This document shows, piece by piece, positions 10,236-23,784 of a DNA stretch of 64,000 bases. The position numbers and the translations under genes were made by a program. The stretch's first letter is position 1; every line of letters begins with the position of its first letter. Source of the stretch: an uncultured Actinomycetes bacterium. Its GTDB lineage: Bacteria > Actinomycetota > Acidimicrobiia > IMCC26256 > PALSA-555. Below the pieces are notes generated by a model, which did no database searches, was not told the origin of the DNA, and was given only the letters and a program-made list of their open reading frames with translations. The stretch is from the NCBI GenBank assembly GCA_963849135.1, contig CAWKGF010000002.1, positions 957,305 to 1,021,304 of the forward strand, written 5' to 3'.

Positions 10236-12428
10236 CTACCCCTCGCTGAGGTTCGCCCAGTGGTGCTGGTCGGGGCGCGGCCCGAACCGCTCAGCCGGCG
10301 CGGGCCGTCCGAACAGGTAGCCCTGGCCCATCTCGCAGCCCCGGGTGCGGAGCTCGGCGAGCTGCTCCGAGGTCTCGACACCCTCCGCGATCGCGCGCAG
10401 CCCCAGCGCGTGGGCGAGGCTGATCACCGCGGTGCAGATGGCGCTGCTCTCGGGCTCACGGCCGAGCCCGTCGACGAACGAGCGGTCGACCTTCAGCGCT
10501 TCGACCGGGAACCGGTTCAGGTAGCTCATCGAGGAGTAGCCGGTCCCGAAGTCGTCGACCGACAGGTGCAGGCCGAACTTCCGGAGCGCGCGCAGCGTCG
10601 TGATCGCCGACTCGGCGTCGTGCATCAGGGTGCTCTCGGTGATCTCCAGCCAGAGCAGGTCCGGGTTGATCTGGACCTCGCGGAGCACCGCGGCGACGGT
10701 GGCCGGGAGGGACGGCTCCGCGAGCTGGCGGGGGGACAGGTTCACGCTCATCGTGATCGCGGCGCCGTTGGCGTGCCACGCCACGGCCTGCCGGCACGCC
10801 TCCTGCAGCGCCCAGGAGCCGATCGGGACGACGAGCCCCGTCTCCTCGGCGAGTCCGACGAACTCGTCGGGTCCGACCAGGCCCCGCTCCGGGTGCTCCC
10901 AGCGCAGCAGCGCCTCGAACCCGGAGATGTGCCCGGTCTCCAACGTGATGATCGGCTGGTAGTGCAGCCGCAGCTCCCCCCGCTCGAGGGCGCGGTGCAG
11001 GTCGTTGCCGGTGCGGAGGCTCCGCATCGCGGCATCGTGCGCGTGGGGGTCGTAGAGCTCGGAGCGGGCCCGGCCTTGCTCCTTGGCGTGGTGCATGGCT
11101 GCGTCGGCGTCGCGGAGCAGCGTCTCGGGCGTGTCGAGCTCGCCGCTCGACAGGGCGATTCCGACGCTCGCGCTCACGTACACCTCGCCCTCGGTGAGCG
11201 CGACCGGACTGGTCACGGCCCGGGCGACCCGGGCTGCCAGCTCGAGCGCGGTGGTCTCGCTCGGCACACCGGTGCAGAGGATCGTGAACTCGTCGCCCCC
11301 GAAGCGGGCCAGCGTGTCGCCCGGGCGCACCGCGGTGCGGAGCCGGTCGGCGACCGCGACCAGCAGCCGGTCCCCGGCCGCGTGGCCGAGGCTGTCGTTG
11401 ATGACCTGGAAGTGGTCGAGGTCGACGAAGAGCACCGCGACCCGGCCCGGCGCCGTCTGGGTCACGAGGGCCTGGCGGAGCAGGGCGAGGAACCGGGCCC
11501 GGTTCGGGAGGCCGGTCAGCGGGTCGTGGATGGCCTGGTGGGCGAGCTGGGCCCCGTTGGCGCGCTGCTCGGTGAGGTCCTCGACTTGCGCGACGAGCTG
11601 GAGCGGCGCCTGATGCGACCCGCGCACGAGCGACAGCGTCGTCGCCACGTACACGGGGCGGCCGTCGGCGTGCACGAAGCGCTGCTCGATCCGGGCGCTC
11701 GTCTCGTCGCCCGTCGCGAGGCGGCGCAGGCGGACCTGCACCCCGTCGCGGTCGTCAGGATGCGTCAACGCGAGCGCCGACGCGCCGACCAGCTGATCCG
11801 CCGCCCGCCCGACCAGCTGGCCGAGCGGTCGGTTGACCTGGAGCAGCCGACCGTCGAGGCCGATGAGCGCGAGCCCGTTCGGCGCGTGGTCGAACATCGA
11901 CTGCAGCGCGGCCCGCGCGTCGCCGACCTCGGCGTCGACGCGTCGACGCTCGCTGACGTCCCGGCACGCCAGCACGACCCCCCCGACCGCCGGGTCGGCG
12001 CGCAGGTCGTCGAGGGTCGCGTCGAGGGTCACCCAGTGGCCGTCCTGGTGCTGCACCCGGAACTCGAGCGGCTCGCGCAGCCCCGGGTCCTGGGCCGGTG
12101 ACCGCACGGCGGCGAGGAGCCGGTCCCGGTCGTCGGGGTGCACGAGCGCCGCGACGGGCGAGCCGGCGAACGCGGCGCTGCTGCGCCCGAGCAGCCGGTC
12201 GGCAGCCGGGCTCAGGTAGCGGACGGTGCCGTCCGCGTCGACCAGGGCGAGGACATCCCGAGACGCCCGGAGCAGCGCGTGGGTGCGGGCCTCCTGATGG
12301 CGCAGCCGGGCCCCGACGTCCTCGTGGACCTGCCGGCTGCGACGCTCCTGGAACCACAGCGCGAGCGCGGTGAGGAACATCCCGCCGAAGAACCCTGCGG
12401 CGACGGCAAGCCCGGTCTCGGTGTTCAT
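10236..12428 (-). CDS. Membrane-anchored PAS-PAS-GGDEF-EAL protein (c-di-GMP synthesis/hydrolysis)
   Basis: Start at ATG 12428 (MNTETGLAVAAGFFGGMFLTALALWF, a TM helix). Two PAS domains follow, then GGDEF (RFGGDEFTIL) and EAL (EALLRW, DDFGTGYSS, AEGVETSEQ, GQGYLF). The upstream 117 codons of the ORF are Arg/Gly filler overlapping meaB. Confidence 0.9.
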   Translation of the reverse strand: MNTETGLAVAAGFFGGMFLTALALWFQERRSRQVHEDVGARLRHQEARTHALLRASRDVLALVDADGTVRYLSPAADRLLGRSSAAFAGSPVAALVHPDDRDRLLAAVRSPAQDPGLREPLEFRVQHQDGHWVTLDATLDDLRADPAVGGVVLACRDVSERRRVDAEVGDARAALQSMFDHAPNGLALIGLDGRLLQVNRPLGQLVGRAADQLVGASALALTHPDDRDGVQVRLRRLATGDETSARIEQRFVHADGRPVYVATTLSLVRGSHQAPLQLVAQVEDLTEQRANGAQLAHQAIHDPLTGLPNRARFLALLRQALVTQTAPGRVAVLFVDLDHFQVINDSLGHAAGDRLLVAVADRLRTAVRPGDTLARFGGDEFTILCTGVPSETTALELAARVARAVTSPVALTEGEVYVSASVGIALSSGELDTPETLLRDADAAMHHAKEQGRARSELYDPHAHDAAMRSLRTGNDLHRALERGELRLHYQPIITLETGHISGFEALLRWEHPERGLVGPDEFVGLAEETGLVVPIGSWALQEACRQAVAWHANGAAITMSVNLSPRQLAEPSLPATVAAVLREVQINPDLLWLEITESTLMHDAESAITTLRALRKFGLHLSVDDFGTGYSSMSYLNRFPVEALKVDRSFVDGLGREPESSAICTAVISLAHALGLRAIAEGVETSEQLAELRTRGCEMGQGYLFGRPAPAERFGPRPDQHHWANLSEG

Positions 12429-12469
12429 GACCGAAGTGGTATCGACCGCCCGGCCGGGACTCCTGAGGG

Positions 12470-13450
12470 TCAGATCCCCCGGGCCGGCCCGAAGAGGGCG
12501 TCGAGGATCTGGTCGGCGGCCACGGTCGGCGCGACTCGGCCCGCCGCCACCTCGGCCTCGAGCCGGGCCGCGAGGTCGGCCAGCTCGGGCTGGCTCCGGA
12601 GCCGCTCCAGCAGCCCGCCGCTGATCTCGCCCCACATCCACGCCCGGGACTGGGCGGCCCGCCGCTCGGTCAGCGTGCCGGTCCGCTCCCACGCGGCGCG
12701 GTGCGCCTCCGCCGCGTCCCACACCTCGGCCACGCCGGTCCCCTCCAGCGCCGAGCACTCCAGCACGGTCGGGGTCCACGTCGGGTCCTTCGGCCGCAGG
12801 AGATGCAAGGCCGACGCGTACGCGGCCGCGGTCGCCGCCGCGGCTCGACGGAGGTCCCCGTCGGCCTTGTTCACCACCACCAGGTCGGCGAGCTCGATGA
12901 TCCCCCGCTTGATTCCCTGCAGCTCGTCGCCGCTGCCGGGCGCGACGAGCACGACGAAGGTGTCGACCATCGCCTCCACCGCGACCTCGGACTGGCCGGT
13001 GCCGACCGTCTCGACGAGCACGACCTCGAAGCCGGCCGCCTCGCAGACCAGCATCGCCTCCCGGGTGCGGCGGGTGACGCCGCCGAGCGTCCCGCCGGTG
13101 GGGGAGGGACGGACGAACACCTCGTCGCGGCGGGTCAGCTCCCCCATCCGGGTCTTGTCGCCCAGGATCGAACCCCCGGAGCGGCTGCTCGACGGGTCGA
13201 CCGCCAGCACGGCCAGGCGGTGGCCGCGGTCCACGATGTGCAGGCCGAGCGTCTCGATCAACGTCGACTTCCCGGCCCCCGGCGCCCCCGAGATCCCGAT
13301 CCGGTGCGCGCCGCCCGCCGAGGGCAGCACCTCGGTGAGGAGCGCGTCGGCCTCGGCCCGATGATCCGGTCGGGTGCTCTCCACAAGCGTGATCGCCCGG
13401 GCCAGCGCCCGCCGGTCCCCCGCCCGCAGCTGCGCGGCCAGCTCGGTCAC
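12470..13450 (-). CDS. meaB: Methylmalonyl-CoA mutase accessory GTPase MeaB/ArgK
   Basis: [25 protein letters not shown]...[18 protein letters not shown]...VNKADG. Start set at GTG 13450, downstream of the corrected mutase stop at 13503-13505. Confidence 0.85.
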   Translation of the reverse strand: MTELAAQLRAGDRRALARAITLVESTRPDHRAEADALLTEVLPSAGGAHRIGISGAPGAGKSTLIETLGLHIVDRGHRLAVLAVDPSSSRSGGSILGDKTRMGELTRRDEVFVRPSPTGGTLGGVTRRTREAMLVCEAAGFEVVLVETVGTGQSEVAVEAMVDTFVVLVAPGSGDELQGIKRGIIELADLVVVNKADGDLRRAAAATAAAYASALHLLRPKDPTWTPTVLECSALEGTGVAEVWDAAEAHRAAWERTGTLTERRAAQSRAWMWGEISGGLLERLRSQPELADLAARLEAEVAAGRVAPTVAADQILDALFGPARGI

Positions 13451-13502
13451 GCGGCCCGTCCCAGCCGACCGGCGGCTCCCGGCCGCGCCGACGCGGCGCC
13501 GC

Positions 13503-15645
13503 TCATCCGGCGCGGCGGTGCAGGAGCCCGAGCACCTCAACCGCGGCGGCCGGGATGTTCGTCCCCGGGCCGAACACCGCCGCGACGCCCCGCGTCGCGC
13601 AGGAACTCGTAGTCCTGGGCCGGGATCACCCCGCCGACCACGACCACGATGTCGTCGCCGCCCTGCTTGCGGAGCTGGGCCAGGAGCTCGGGGACGAGCG
13701 TCTTGTGGCCCGCGGCCTGGCTGCTCACCCCAACGACGTGCACGTCGTTCTCCACCGCGTCGCGGGCCGCCTCCTCGGGCGTCTGGAACAGCGGGCCCAC
13801 GTCGACGTCGAAGCCCAGGTCCGCGAACGCGGTCGCGATGACCTTCGCGCCCCGGTCATGACCGTCCTGGCCCATCTTCACGACCAGCATGCGGGGCCGG
13901 CGGCCCTCCGCGGCGGCGAACGCCTCCACCGCGGCGCGGGCTCGCTCCCAGTCCTCGTCGCCGGCCGCGGCGTCGCCATACACGCCGGCGATGGTCTGGA
14001 TCGTGGCCCGATGGCGGCCGAAGACGCTCTCCAACGCGTCGGAGACCTCCCCGACCGTCGCCCGGGCCCGGATCGCCTCGATGCTCAGGTCGAGCAGGTT
14101 CGCGTCGCCGCGGGCGCCGTCGGCCAGCGCCCGCAGCGCGGCGTCGACCCGAGCCTGGTCGCGGGTCGCGCGCAGCCGCTCGAGGCGTCGGATCTGTCCC
14201 TCCCGCACCGCCGCGTTGTCGACCTCCCGGATCTCGACCGGCGGCTCGGACGGCAGCCGGTACTTGTTCACGCCGACGATCACCTCGTCGCCCCGGTCGA
14301 CGTCGACCTGCCGGCGGGCCGCCGCCTCCTCGATGCGCAGCTTCGGCATCCCCGCCGCGACCGCCTTCGTCATCCCGCCCAGCTCCTCGACCTCCTCGAT
14401 GAGCTCCCACGCCGCGTCGGCGAGCGCGCCGGTGAGCGCCTCGACGTAGTAGGAGCCGCCGAGCGGATCGACGACGTGGGTGATGCCGCTCTCCTCCTGG
14501 AGGACCAGCTGGGTGTTGCGGGCGATCCGGGCCGCGAACTCGGTCGGGAGGGCCAGCGCCTCGTCGAAGCTGTTCGTGTGCAGGCTCTGGGTGCCGCCCA
14601 GCGCGGCGGCGAGCGCCTCGACCGTCGTGCGGACGACGTTGTTGTATGGGTCCTGGCTGGTCAGCGACACCCCCGACGTCTGGCAGTGGGTGCGCAGCAT
14701 CAGCGACGACGGGTTCTTCGGTTCGAACCGGCTCATGATCCGGGTCCAGAGCAGCCGGGCCGCCCGCAGCTTGGCGACCTCCATGAAGAAGTTCATCCCG
14801 ATCGCGAAGAAGAAGGACAGCCGTCCCGCGAACGCGTCGACGTCCAGCCCCCGGGCCAGCACCGCCCGTGTGTACTCGAGCCCGTCGGCGAGGGTGAACG
14901 CCAGCTCCTGCACCGCCGTCGCGCCCGCCTCCTGCATGTGGTAGCCGGAGATCGAGATCGAGTTGAACTTCGGCATGTGCGCCGCCGTGTACTCGACGAT
15001 GTCGGCGACGATCCGCATGCTCGCCTCGGGCGGGTAGATGTAGGTGTTGCGGACCATGAACTCCTTGAGGATGTCGTTCTGGATGGTCCCCGCCAGCTGC
15101 GACTGGTCGACGCCCTGCTCCTCGGCGGCGACGACGTAGCCGGCCAGGACCGGCAGCACCGCGCCGTTCATGGTCATCGACACCGTCATGCGATCCAGCG
15201 GGATCCCGTCGAAGAGGACCTTCATGTCCTCCACCGAGTCGATCGCGACGCCGGCCTTCCCGACGTCGCCGACCACCCGCGGGTGGTCGCTGTCGTAGCC
15301 CCGGTGGGTGGCCAGATCGAACGCCACCGACAGGCCCATCTGGCCCGCGGCCAGGTTCTCCCGGTAGAAGGCGTTCGACTCCTCGGCGGTGGAGAACCCC
15401 GCGTACTGGCGGATCGTCCACGGCCGGTTGGCGTACATGGTGGCCCGGATCCCGCGCACGAACGGCTCGAACCCGGGCAGCGTGTCGACGAAGTCGAGGC
15501 CTTCGAGGTCCTCGCCCGTGTAGACGGGCTGGACGGCGATGCCCTCCGGGGTGTGCCACACCAGCCGGTCCGGGTCGCCCTTCAGCTCCGCGGCGGCCCG
15601 CTCCTCCCAGGCGGCCCGGTCCCGGTGCGGGTACTCCTCACCCAT
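13503..15645 (-). pseudogene. Methylmalonyl-CoA mutase (single chain: TIM-barrel substrate domain plus B12-binding domain), C-terminal frameshift as sequenced
   Basis: [52 protein letters not shown]... is MCM-like (Tyr in TMYA), with B12 domain [11 protein letters not shown]. After ...YEFLRDAG the frame is lost at the C4 run 13588-13591. The corrected frame reads [27 protein letters not shown]. Confidence 0.85.
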
Positions 15646-15694
15646 GCCAAAAAGGGTAGGGCGGGGAAGCCCGGCGGGTCGGGCCCAGCGCCGG

Positions 15695-15946
15695 TCAACT
15701 GGCCTGGCGGAGGTCCGACTCGGCGGCTCGGGTCAGCTGCTCCCGGGCCGCGGCGACACCCTCCCGGCCCACCCGACGGGCCCGGGGGTCCAGACGCCAG
15801 TCACTGTCCCAGCGGGCCGCCCGCGTCGCGTGGGGACGGGCCGGACGAGCCCGCCGGGCCCGGCGACGAGCCGGCGCCGGCGTGGCCTCGACGAGGCGGA
15901 GTTGCGTGCTCACAAGAGGAGTATCCCCGCGGGGTATGACAGCCAT
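15695..15946 (-). CDS. Hypothetical small basic protein upstream of the mutase
   Basis: 83-aa ORF on the same strand as the mutase, 50 nt upstream of it. The motif [23 protein letters not shown] looks protein-like, but the composition is Arg/Ala-rich, so it could be a GC artefact. Confidence 0.35.
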   Translation of the reverse strand: MAVIPRGDTPLVSTQLRLVEATPAPARRRARRARPARPHATRAARWDSDWRLDPRARRVGREGVAAAREQLTRAAESDLRQAS

Positions 15947-16007
15947 TCCCCCTTGTGACGTTCGCCACTCCGATTCAGTTCCCGAGAGGGCCTCCTACAC
16001 TCGAGCC

Positions 16008-17174
16008 GTGCCGGCCTACCTGGACCACGCGGCGAGCACCCCGATGCGTCCCGAGGCCATCGCGGCGATGCAGCCGTTCCTCGCCGACTGCTTCGCGAAC
16101 CCGTCGGGCATCCACCGACCGGCGCGGGTCGCCAAGACCGCCCTCGAGGAGGCCCGGGAGACCGTCGCCGCGGCGCTCGGCGCCACGCCCGGGGAGGTGA
16201 TCTTCACCGCCGGGGGCACGGAGGCCGACAACCTGGCCGTCGAAGGCGCGGCCCGGGCCGCCCGCGCCGCCGGGCGAGGCGACCGGGTGGTCACCACCGC
16301 GTTCGAGCACAAGGGCGTCCTCGCCGCCGTCGACCGGCTGGCGGCCGACGGCTTCGCCGTCGACCGGGTCGGGATCGAGCCGGGCGGGATTGTCGACCTC
16401 GACGCCCTCGCCGGGGCGCTGACCCCGGCCACCGTCGTCGTGTCGGTGATGCTCGTGAACAACGAGGTCGGCACCGTCCAGCCCCTCGCCGACGTCGCGG
16501 CCCTCGTGCACGAGCGGGCGCCCCACGCCGTCCTGCACACCGACGCCGTGCAGGCCGTCCCGTGGCTCGACGTCGCGCAGGCCGCGGCCGACGTTGACCT
16601 CGTCGCCATCTCCGCCCACAAGTTCGGCGGGCCGAAGGGGACCGGGGCGCTCGTCGCCCGCGACGACGTCCCACTCGTGCCGCTCCTCGAGGGCGGCGGG
16701 CAGGAGCGAGGCCGACGGGCCGGGACCGTCAACGTCGCCGGTGCGGTCGCGCTCGCCGCCGCGCTCCGAGCCACCCTCGAGACCTGCGACGCCGACCAGA
16801 CCCGGATCGGGGCGCTCCGGGACCGACTCCTGCACGGGATCCAGGACGCGGTGCCCGAGACGTTCGTGAACGGTGACCCGGCCCGCAAGGTCGCCGGGAA
16901 CTGCCACGTCGGCTTTCGCGGCGTGGAGGCCGAGGCGCTGCTCGTCGCGCTCGACCAGGCCGACGTGTACGCCGCCGCCGGCTCCTCGTGCTCGTCGGGC
17001 GCGACCGAGCCGTCGCACGTCCTGGCCGCGATGGGACTGCCCCGCGACGAGGCGCTCGCCTCGGTCCGCCTCAGCCTCGGGTTCGCGTCGACGGACGCCG
17101 ACGTCGACCAGACCCTCCGGGTGCTCCCCGACGCGGTGGCGCAGCTCCGAACTCGGGCCGGTGCGCTGGCGTGA
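16008..17174 (+). CDS. iscS: Cysteine desulfurase (IscS/NifS class V aminotransferase)
   Basis: From GTG 16008: VPAYLDHAASTPMRPEAIAAM...FTAGGTEADNLA...SAHKFGGPKG (PLP lysine)...AAGSSCSSG (active-site Cys loop). The stop overlaps the mnmA start (GTGA). Confidence 0.85.
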   Translation: MPAYLDHAASTPMRPEAIAAMQPFLADCFANPSGIHRPARVAKTALEEARETVAAALGATPGEVIFTAGGTEADNLAVEGAARAARAAGRGDRVVTTAFEHKGVLAAVDRLAADGFAVDRVGIEPGGIVDLDALAGALTPATVVVSVMLVNNEVGTVQPLADVAALVHERAPHAVLHTDAVQAVPWLDVAQAAADVDLVAISAHKFGGPKGTGALVARDDVPLVPLLEGGGQERGRRAGTVNVAGAVALAAALRATLETCDADQTRIGALRDRLLHGIQDAVPETFVNGDPARKVAGNCHVGFRGVEAEALLVALDQADVYAAAGSSCSSGATEPSHVLAAMGLPRDEALASVRLSLGFASTDADVDQTLRVLPDAVAQLRTRAGALA

Positions 17175-18193
17175 AGATCCTCGCTCTGATGAGCGGCGGC
17201 GTCGACTCGTCCGTCGCGGCCGCGCTGCTCCACACGCAGGGTCACGACGTCACTGGCGTCACCCTGCGACTCTGGGGCGGCGAGACCGACTCGGGCTGCT
17301 GCAGCGTCGGTGACGTCGAGGACGCCCGCCGGGTCGCCGCCCAGCTTGGCATCCCCCACTACGTGTTCAACCTCAGCGACGACTTCGCGGTGTCCGTCGT
17401 CGAGCCCTACGTCGACGCGTACGCGTCGGCGCGCACCCCCAACCCGTGTGTCGAGTGCAACCGGTCCATCAAGTTCGGCCGGGCCCTCGACCGGGCCCTC
17501 ACCCTCGGCTTCGACGCCGTCGCCACCGGCCACCACGCCCGAGTGGAGCGCGACGCCCACGGCGTCTACCAGCTGCGACGGGGTGCTGACCCGGCCAAGG
17601 ACCAGTCCTACGTCCTCTACATGCTCGGCCAGCGCGAGCTCGGCCACAGCCTCCTCCCGGTCGGGGACCTCCAGAAGGCCGACGTGCGCGCCATCGCGCG
17701 AGACCTCGGCCTCCGGACCGCGGCCAAGCCCGAGAGCATGGACGTCTGCTTCATCGCCCGCGGCGACCGGGCCCGGTTCCTCGCCGCCCACCGGCCCGCG
17801 CGGCCGGGCCCGATCGTGGACACCGCCGGCACCGTGCTCGGCTCCCACGACGGCGTGCACCGCTACACGATTGGGCAGCGTCGGGGGCTCGGCGTCGCGA
17901 CCGGCACCCCGCGCTACGTCGTCGACCTGGACGAGGCCCGCGCCACCGTCACCGTCGGGCCGCGCGCCGCGCTCCTCATCCGCGACATCACCGTCCGCGA
18001 TCTGCGCTTCGTGCACGAGCCCCCCGACGCGCGCCCGCTCGTGGTCCAGACCCGTGCCCACGGGGCCCCGCTCACTGGCCAGCTCGACGACCACCGGGTC
18101 CGCCTCGCCACTCCCGCGCCCCGCGTCGTGCCGGGCCAGGTCGTGGCCCTCTACGACGGCGACCACCTCCTCGGTGGAGGGCTCGCCGCGTAG
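17171..18193 (+). CDS. mnmA: tRNA-specific 2-thiouridylase MnmA
   Basis: VKILALMSGGVDSSVAA (PP-loop), NPCVECNRSIKF, ATGHHAR, KDQSYVL. This is the conserved iscS-mnmA pair. Confidence 0.9.
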   Translation: MKILALMSGGVDSSVAAALLHTQGHDVTGVTLRLWGGETDSGCCSVGDVEDARRVAAQLGIPHYVFNLSDDFAVSVVEPYVDAYASARTPNPCVECNRSIKFGRALDRALTLGFDAVATGHHARVERDAHGVYQLRRGADPAKDQSYVLYMLGQRELGHSLLPVGDLQKADVRAIARDLGLRTAAKPESMDVCFIARGDRARFLAAHRPARPGPIVDTAGTVLGSHDGVHRYTIGQRRGLGVATGTPRYVVDLDEARATVTVGPRAALLIRDITVRDLRFVHEPPDARPLVVQTRAHGAPLTGQLDDHRVRLATPAPRVVPGQVVALYDGDHLLGGGLAA

Positions 18194-18226
18194 CGCCACC
18201 CGGCTCAGCCCCGGGCTGGTGTCGCG

Positions 18227-21287
<3,061 letters not shown>

Positions 21288-21288
<1 letters not shown>

Positions 21289-21738
21289 TGGTCGACAAGT
21301 CGAAGGTGGGGCTCACCGACGAGCCGTCCCAGATCCCGATCGAGCGGGGCAAGATCCGCGAATTCGCCCGGGCCTGCCAGACCGCCAACGCCGAGTACGT
21401 GAACGAGCGGGCCCCGTTCCGCGCCGCCCACCTTCCTCACCACGGTGAACTTCTGGTCGACCGGCGGCACCTCCCCCCTCGCGGAGCTCGACATCGACCT
21501 GCGGCGCCTCCTCCACGGCGGCCAGGAGTACGTCTTCCACGGGCCGCCGCCCCGCGCCGGGACCGAGCTGACCTTCCAGACCCGCGTCGACAAGATCTAC
21601 GAGAAAGAAGGACGCCGGGGCGGGACGATGACCTTCGTCGAGACCGTCACCGAGTTCCGCGACCCGAGCGGCGCGGTCGTCGCCGAGGCCCGCTCGACCG
21701 CCATCGAGACCGGCCAAGCCCCCACGAAGGAGAGCTGA
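21288..21738 (+). pseudogene. MaoC-like dehydratase, N-terminal-type hot-dog subunit (HadA-like), frameshifted as sequenced
   Basis: MVDKSKVGLTDEPSQIPIERGKIREFARACQTANAEYVNERAP then frame change (~21411-21427) to PPTFLTTVNFWSTGG...LLHGGQEYVFHGPPPRAGTELTFQTRVDKIYEKEGRRGGTMTFVE. The ATG overlaps the ligA stop. Confidence 0.7.
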
Positions 21739-21739
21739 C

Positions 21740-22156
21740 ATGCCGACCTGGGACGACCTGACCGAAGGGACCAAAGGGCCGCGCCACGAGTACGGGCCGC
21801 TGACCCGCACCGACTTCGTCCGCTACCAGGGGGCGTCGGGCGACTTCAACCCGATCCACCACGACGAGGAGTTCGCGAAGTCGGCCGGGTTCCCGACCGT
21901 CTTCTCGGTCGGCATGCTCCAAGCCGGGATCCTCGGCTGCTACTGCACCGAGTGGCTCGGCGCCGAGAACGTCCGCCGCTTCGCGGTGCAGTTCCGCGAG
22001 CAGGTGTGGCCCGGCGACCACATCGTCTGCGAGGCGACCGTGCGGCGCCGCTACCAGGAGGGCGGGGACCAGTGCGTCGACCTCGAGCTGCTCGTCACCC
22101 GCCAGGAGAGCGGCGGCGCGGCGATCAAGGGCGAGGCCACGTTCGTCGTCCCATGA
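21740..22156 (+). CDS. MaoC-domain (R)-specific enoyl-CoA/ACP hydratase subunit (HadB-like)
   Basis: 138-aa ORF with hydratase motif YQGASGDFNPIHHDEEFAKSAGFP. It sits immediately after the HadA-like gene. Confidence 0.8.
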   Translation: MPTWDDLTEGTKGPRHEYGPLTRTDFVRYQGASGDFNPIHHDEEFAKSAGFPTVFSVGMLQAGILGCYCTEWLGAENVRRFAVQFREQVWPGDHIVCEATVRRRYQEGGDQCVDLELLVTRQESGGAAIKGEATFVVP

Positions 22157-22205
22157 CCATGACCCGCCGGTCCGTGCACCGGCGCCCGACGAGGCCAGGC
22201 TGACC

Positions 22206-23207
22206 GTGCGCGCCCAGGTCCTCCACTCACCCGAGCCGATCGACGACGGGCCGCTGCGCCTCGAGGAGCGCGACGAGCCCGAACCGGGCCCGGGCGTCGC
22301 CCGGGTCCGGGTCCACACCTGCGGCTGCTGCCGCACCGACCTGCACGTCGTCGAGGGAGACCTCGACCTGCCGGTGCTGCCCATCGTGCCCGGACACCAG
22401 GTGGTCGGCCACGTGGACGCGCTCGGCCCGGGGTGCGAACGACTCCACGTCGGCGACCGGGTCGGCGTGGCCTGGCTCCACCACACCGACGGGGTCTGCG
22501 AGTACTGCCAGCGCGGCGAGGAGAACCTCTGCGAGCACGCGACCTTCACCGGGTGGACCGCCGACGGCGGCTACGCCGACGCGCTCACCGTCCCCGAGGA
22601 CTTCGCCGTCCACCTCCCCGACGCGATCGACGACGTCGAAGCCGCGCCGCTCCTCTGCGCAGGCGTCATCGGCTACCGGGCCCTCCGCCAAGCCGACGTG
22701 CACCCCGGAGAGCGGGTCGCGCTGCTCGGCTTCGGCGCCTCCGCGCACCTCACCCTCCAGGTGCTCAAGGCCTGGGGCTGCGAGACGGTCGTGCTCACCC
22801 GCGGCGCGGAGCACCGGGAGCTGGCGCGGACGCTCGGCGCGACCTGGGTGGGGGAGGAGGCCGAGCTGCCCCCGATGCTCTGCGACCGCTCGGTCGTGTT
22901 CGCCCCGGCCGGCGAGCTGGTCCCCGTCGCGCTGCAGGTGATCCGGCCCGGCGGCACGGTCAGCCTGGCCGGCATCCACATGTCGCCCATCCCGTCCTTC
23001 GACTACGCGCTGCTGTGGCGGGAGCGGACCCTCCGCTCCGTCGCGAACATGACCCGCCGCGACGCGGAGGAGTTCATGGCCCTCGCCGCCGAGGCCAACG
23101 TGCGGGCCGAGGTCGCGACCTACCCCCTCGAGGCGGCCGGCGACGCGCTCCGCGCCGTCCGCCACGACGCGGTCCGGGGCGCCGCGGTGCTGCTCGTCAA
23201 CCCGTAA
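22206..23207 (+). CDS. Zinc-dependent alcohol dehydrogenase family oxidoreductase
   Basis: 333-aa ORF with CGCCRTDLH, GHQVVG, structural-zinc Cys cluster CEYCQRGEENLC and Rossmann LLGFGASAHL. Confidence 0.85.
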   Translation: MRAQVLHSPEPIDDGPLRLEERDEPEPGPGVARVRVHTCGCCRTDLHVVEGDLDLPVLPIVPGHQVVGHVDALGPGCERLHVGDRVGVAWLHHTDGVCEYCQRGEENLCEHATFTGWTADGGYADALTVPEDFAVHLPDAIDDVEAAPLLCAGVIGYRALRQADVHPGERVALLGFGASAHLTLQVLKAWGCETVVLTRGAEHRELARTLGATWVGEEAELPPMLCDRSVVFAPAGELVPVALQVIRPGGTVSLAGIHMSPIPSFDYALLWRERTLRSVANMTRRDAEEFMALAAEANVRAEVATYPLEAAGDALRAVRHDAVRGAAVLLVNP

Positions 23208-23211
23208 CCGG

Positions 23212-23664
23212 CTAGGCCGTCACCCGGAACGACCACGTGTAGGTGGACGGGTGGATCGGGCGGGGCTTGGTCTGCAGCCAGTACTCGATCGTGATCGTGT
23301 GCTCCCCGGTCGGGAACTGCTCAAGCCCCTTCCCCGGGCCGGGCCGGTAGCTCACCTCGCCCAGCTCGGGGACGTTCTGCAGCTGGTTGGTCGGGATCTC
23401 CTGGCCGTCGAGGACGAACGTGCCCGTCAAGTCGTTCACCAAGATCACCGTGATCGTGTCCTGGGGGCGGATGATCCCACCCGGGGACGGGTCGAGGCTC
23501 ACGATCGTGGCCGGCAGCGACCCGACCTTCGTCGCGGTCGAGGTGTCCGACTTGTTCAACAGCAGCGCGCCCAGGTTCAGGACCGCGACGACGCCGACCA
23601 CCACGATCGCGATCCGCCAGGGATGCTTGAACAGCGGCCGGCGCGACGGCCCCGTGCCGGGCAT
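23212..23664 (-). CDS. Hypothetical single-pass membrane protein with extracytoplasmic beta-rich domain, divergent from the PASTA kinase
   Basis: The last 150 codons of ORF 23212..26838, from ATG 23664: MPGTGPSRRPLFKHPWRIAIVVVGVVAVLNLGALLL (TM helix) then ...TITVILVNDLTGTFVLDGQEIP...EHTITIEYWLQTKP. The rest of that 1208-aa ORF is antisense shadow. A GTG 30 nt upstream is an alternative start. Confidence 0.55.
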   Translation of the reverse strand: MPGTGPSRRPLFKHPWRIAIVVVGVVAVLNLGALLLNKSDTSTATKVGSLPATIVSLDPSPGGIIRPQDTITVILVNDLTGTFVLDGQEIPTNQLQNVPELGEVSYRPGPGKGLEQFPTGEHTITIEYWLQTKPRPIHPSTYTWSFRVTA

Positions 23665-23784
23665 CAACACGGTCGGTCTCGTGGTGTCGGTCACGCCGTC
23701 CGAGGGTACCGGTGACCCGAACGCCCGGACACGTCGAGGCGGGCGTGCCGCGGGAACCACCGGATCGGCTCGTAGCCTGGAGGC

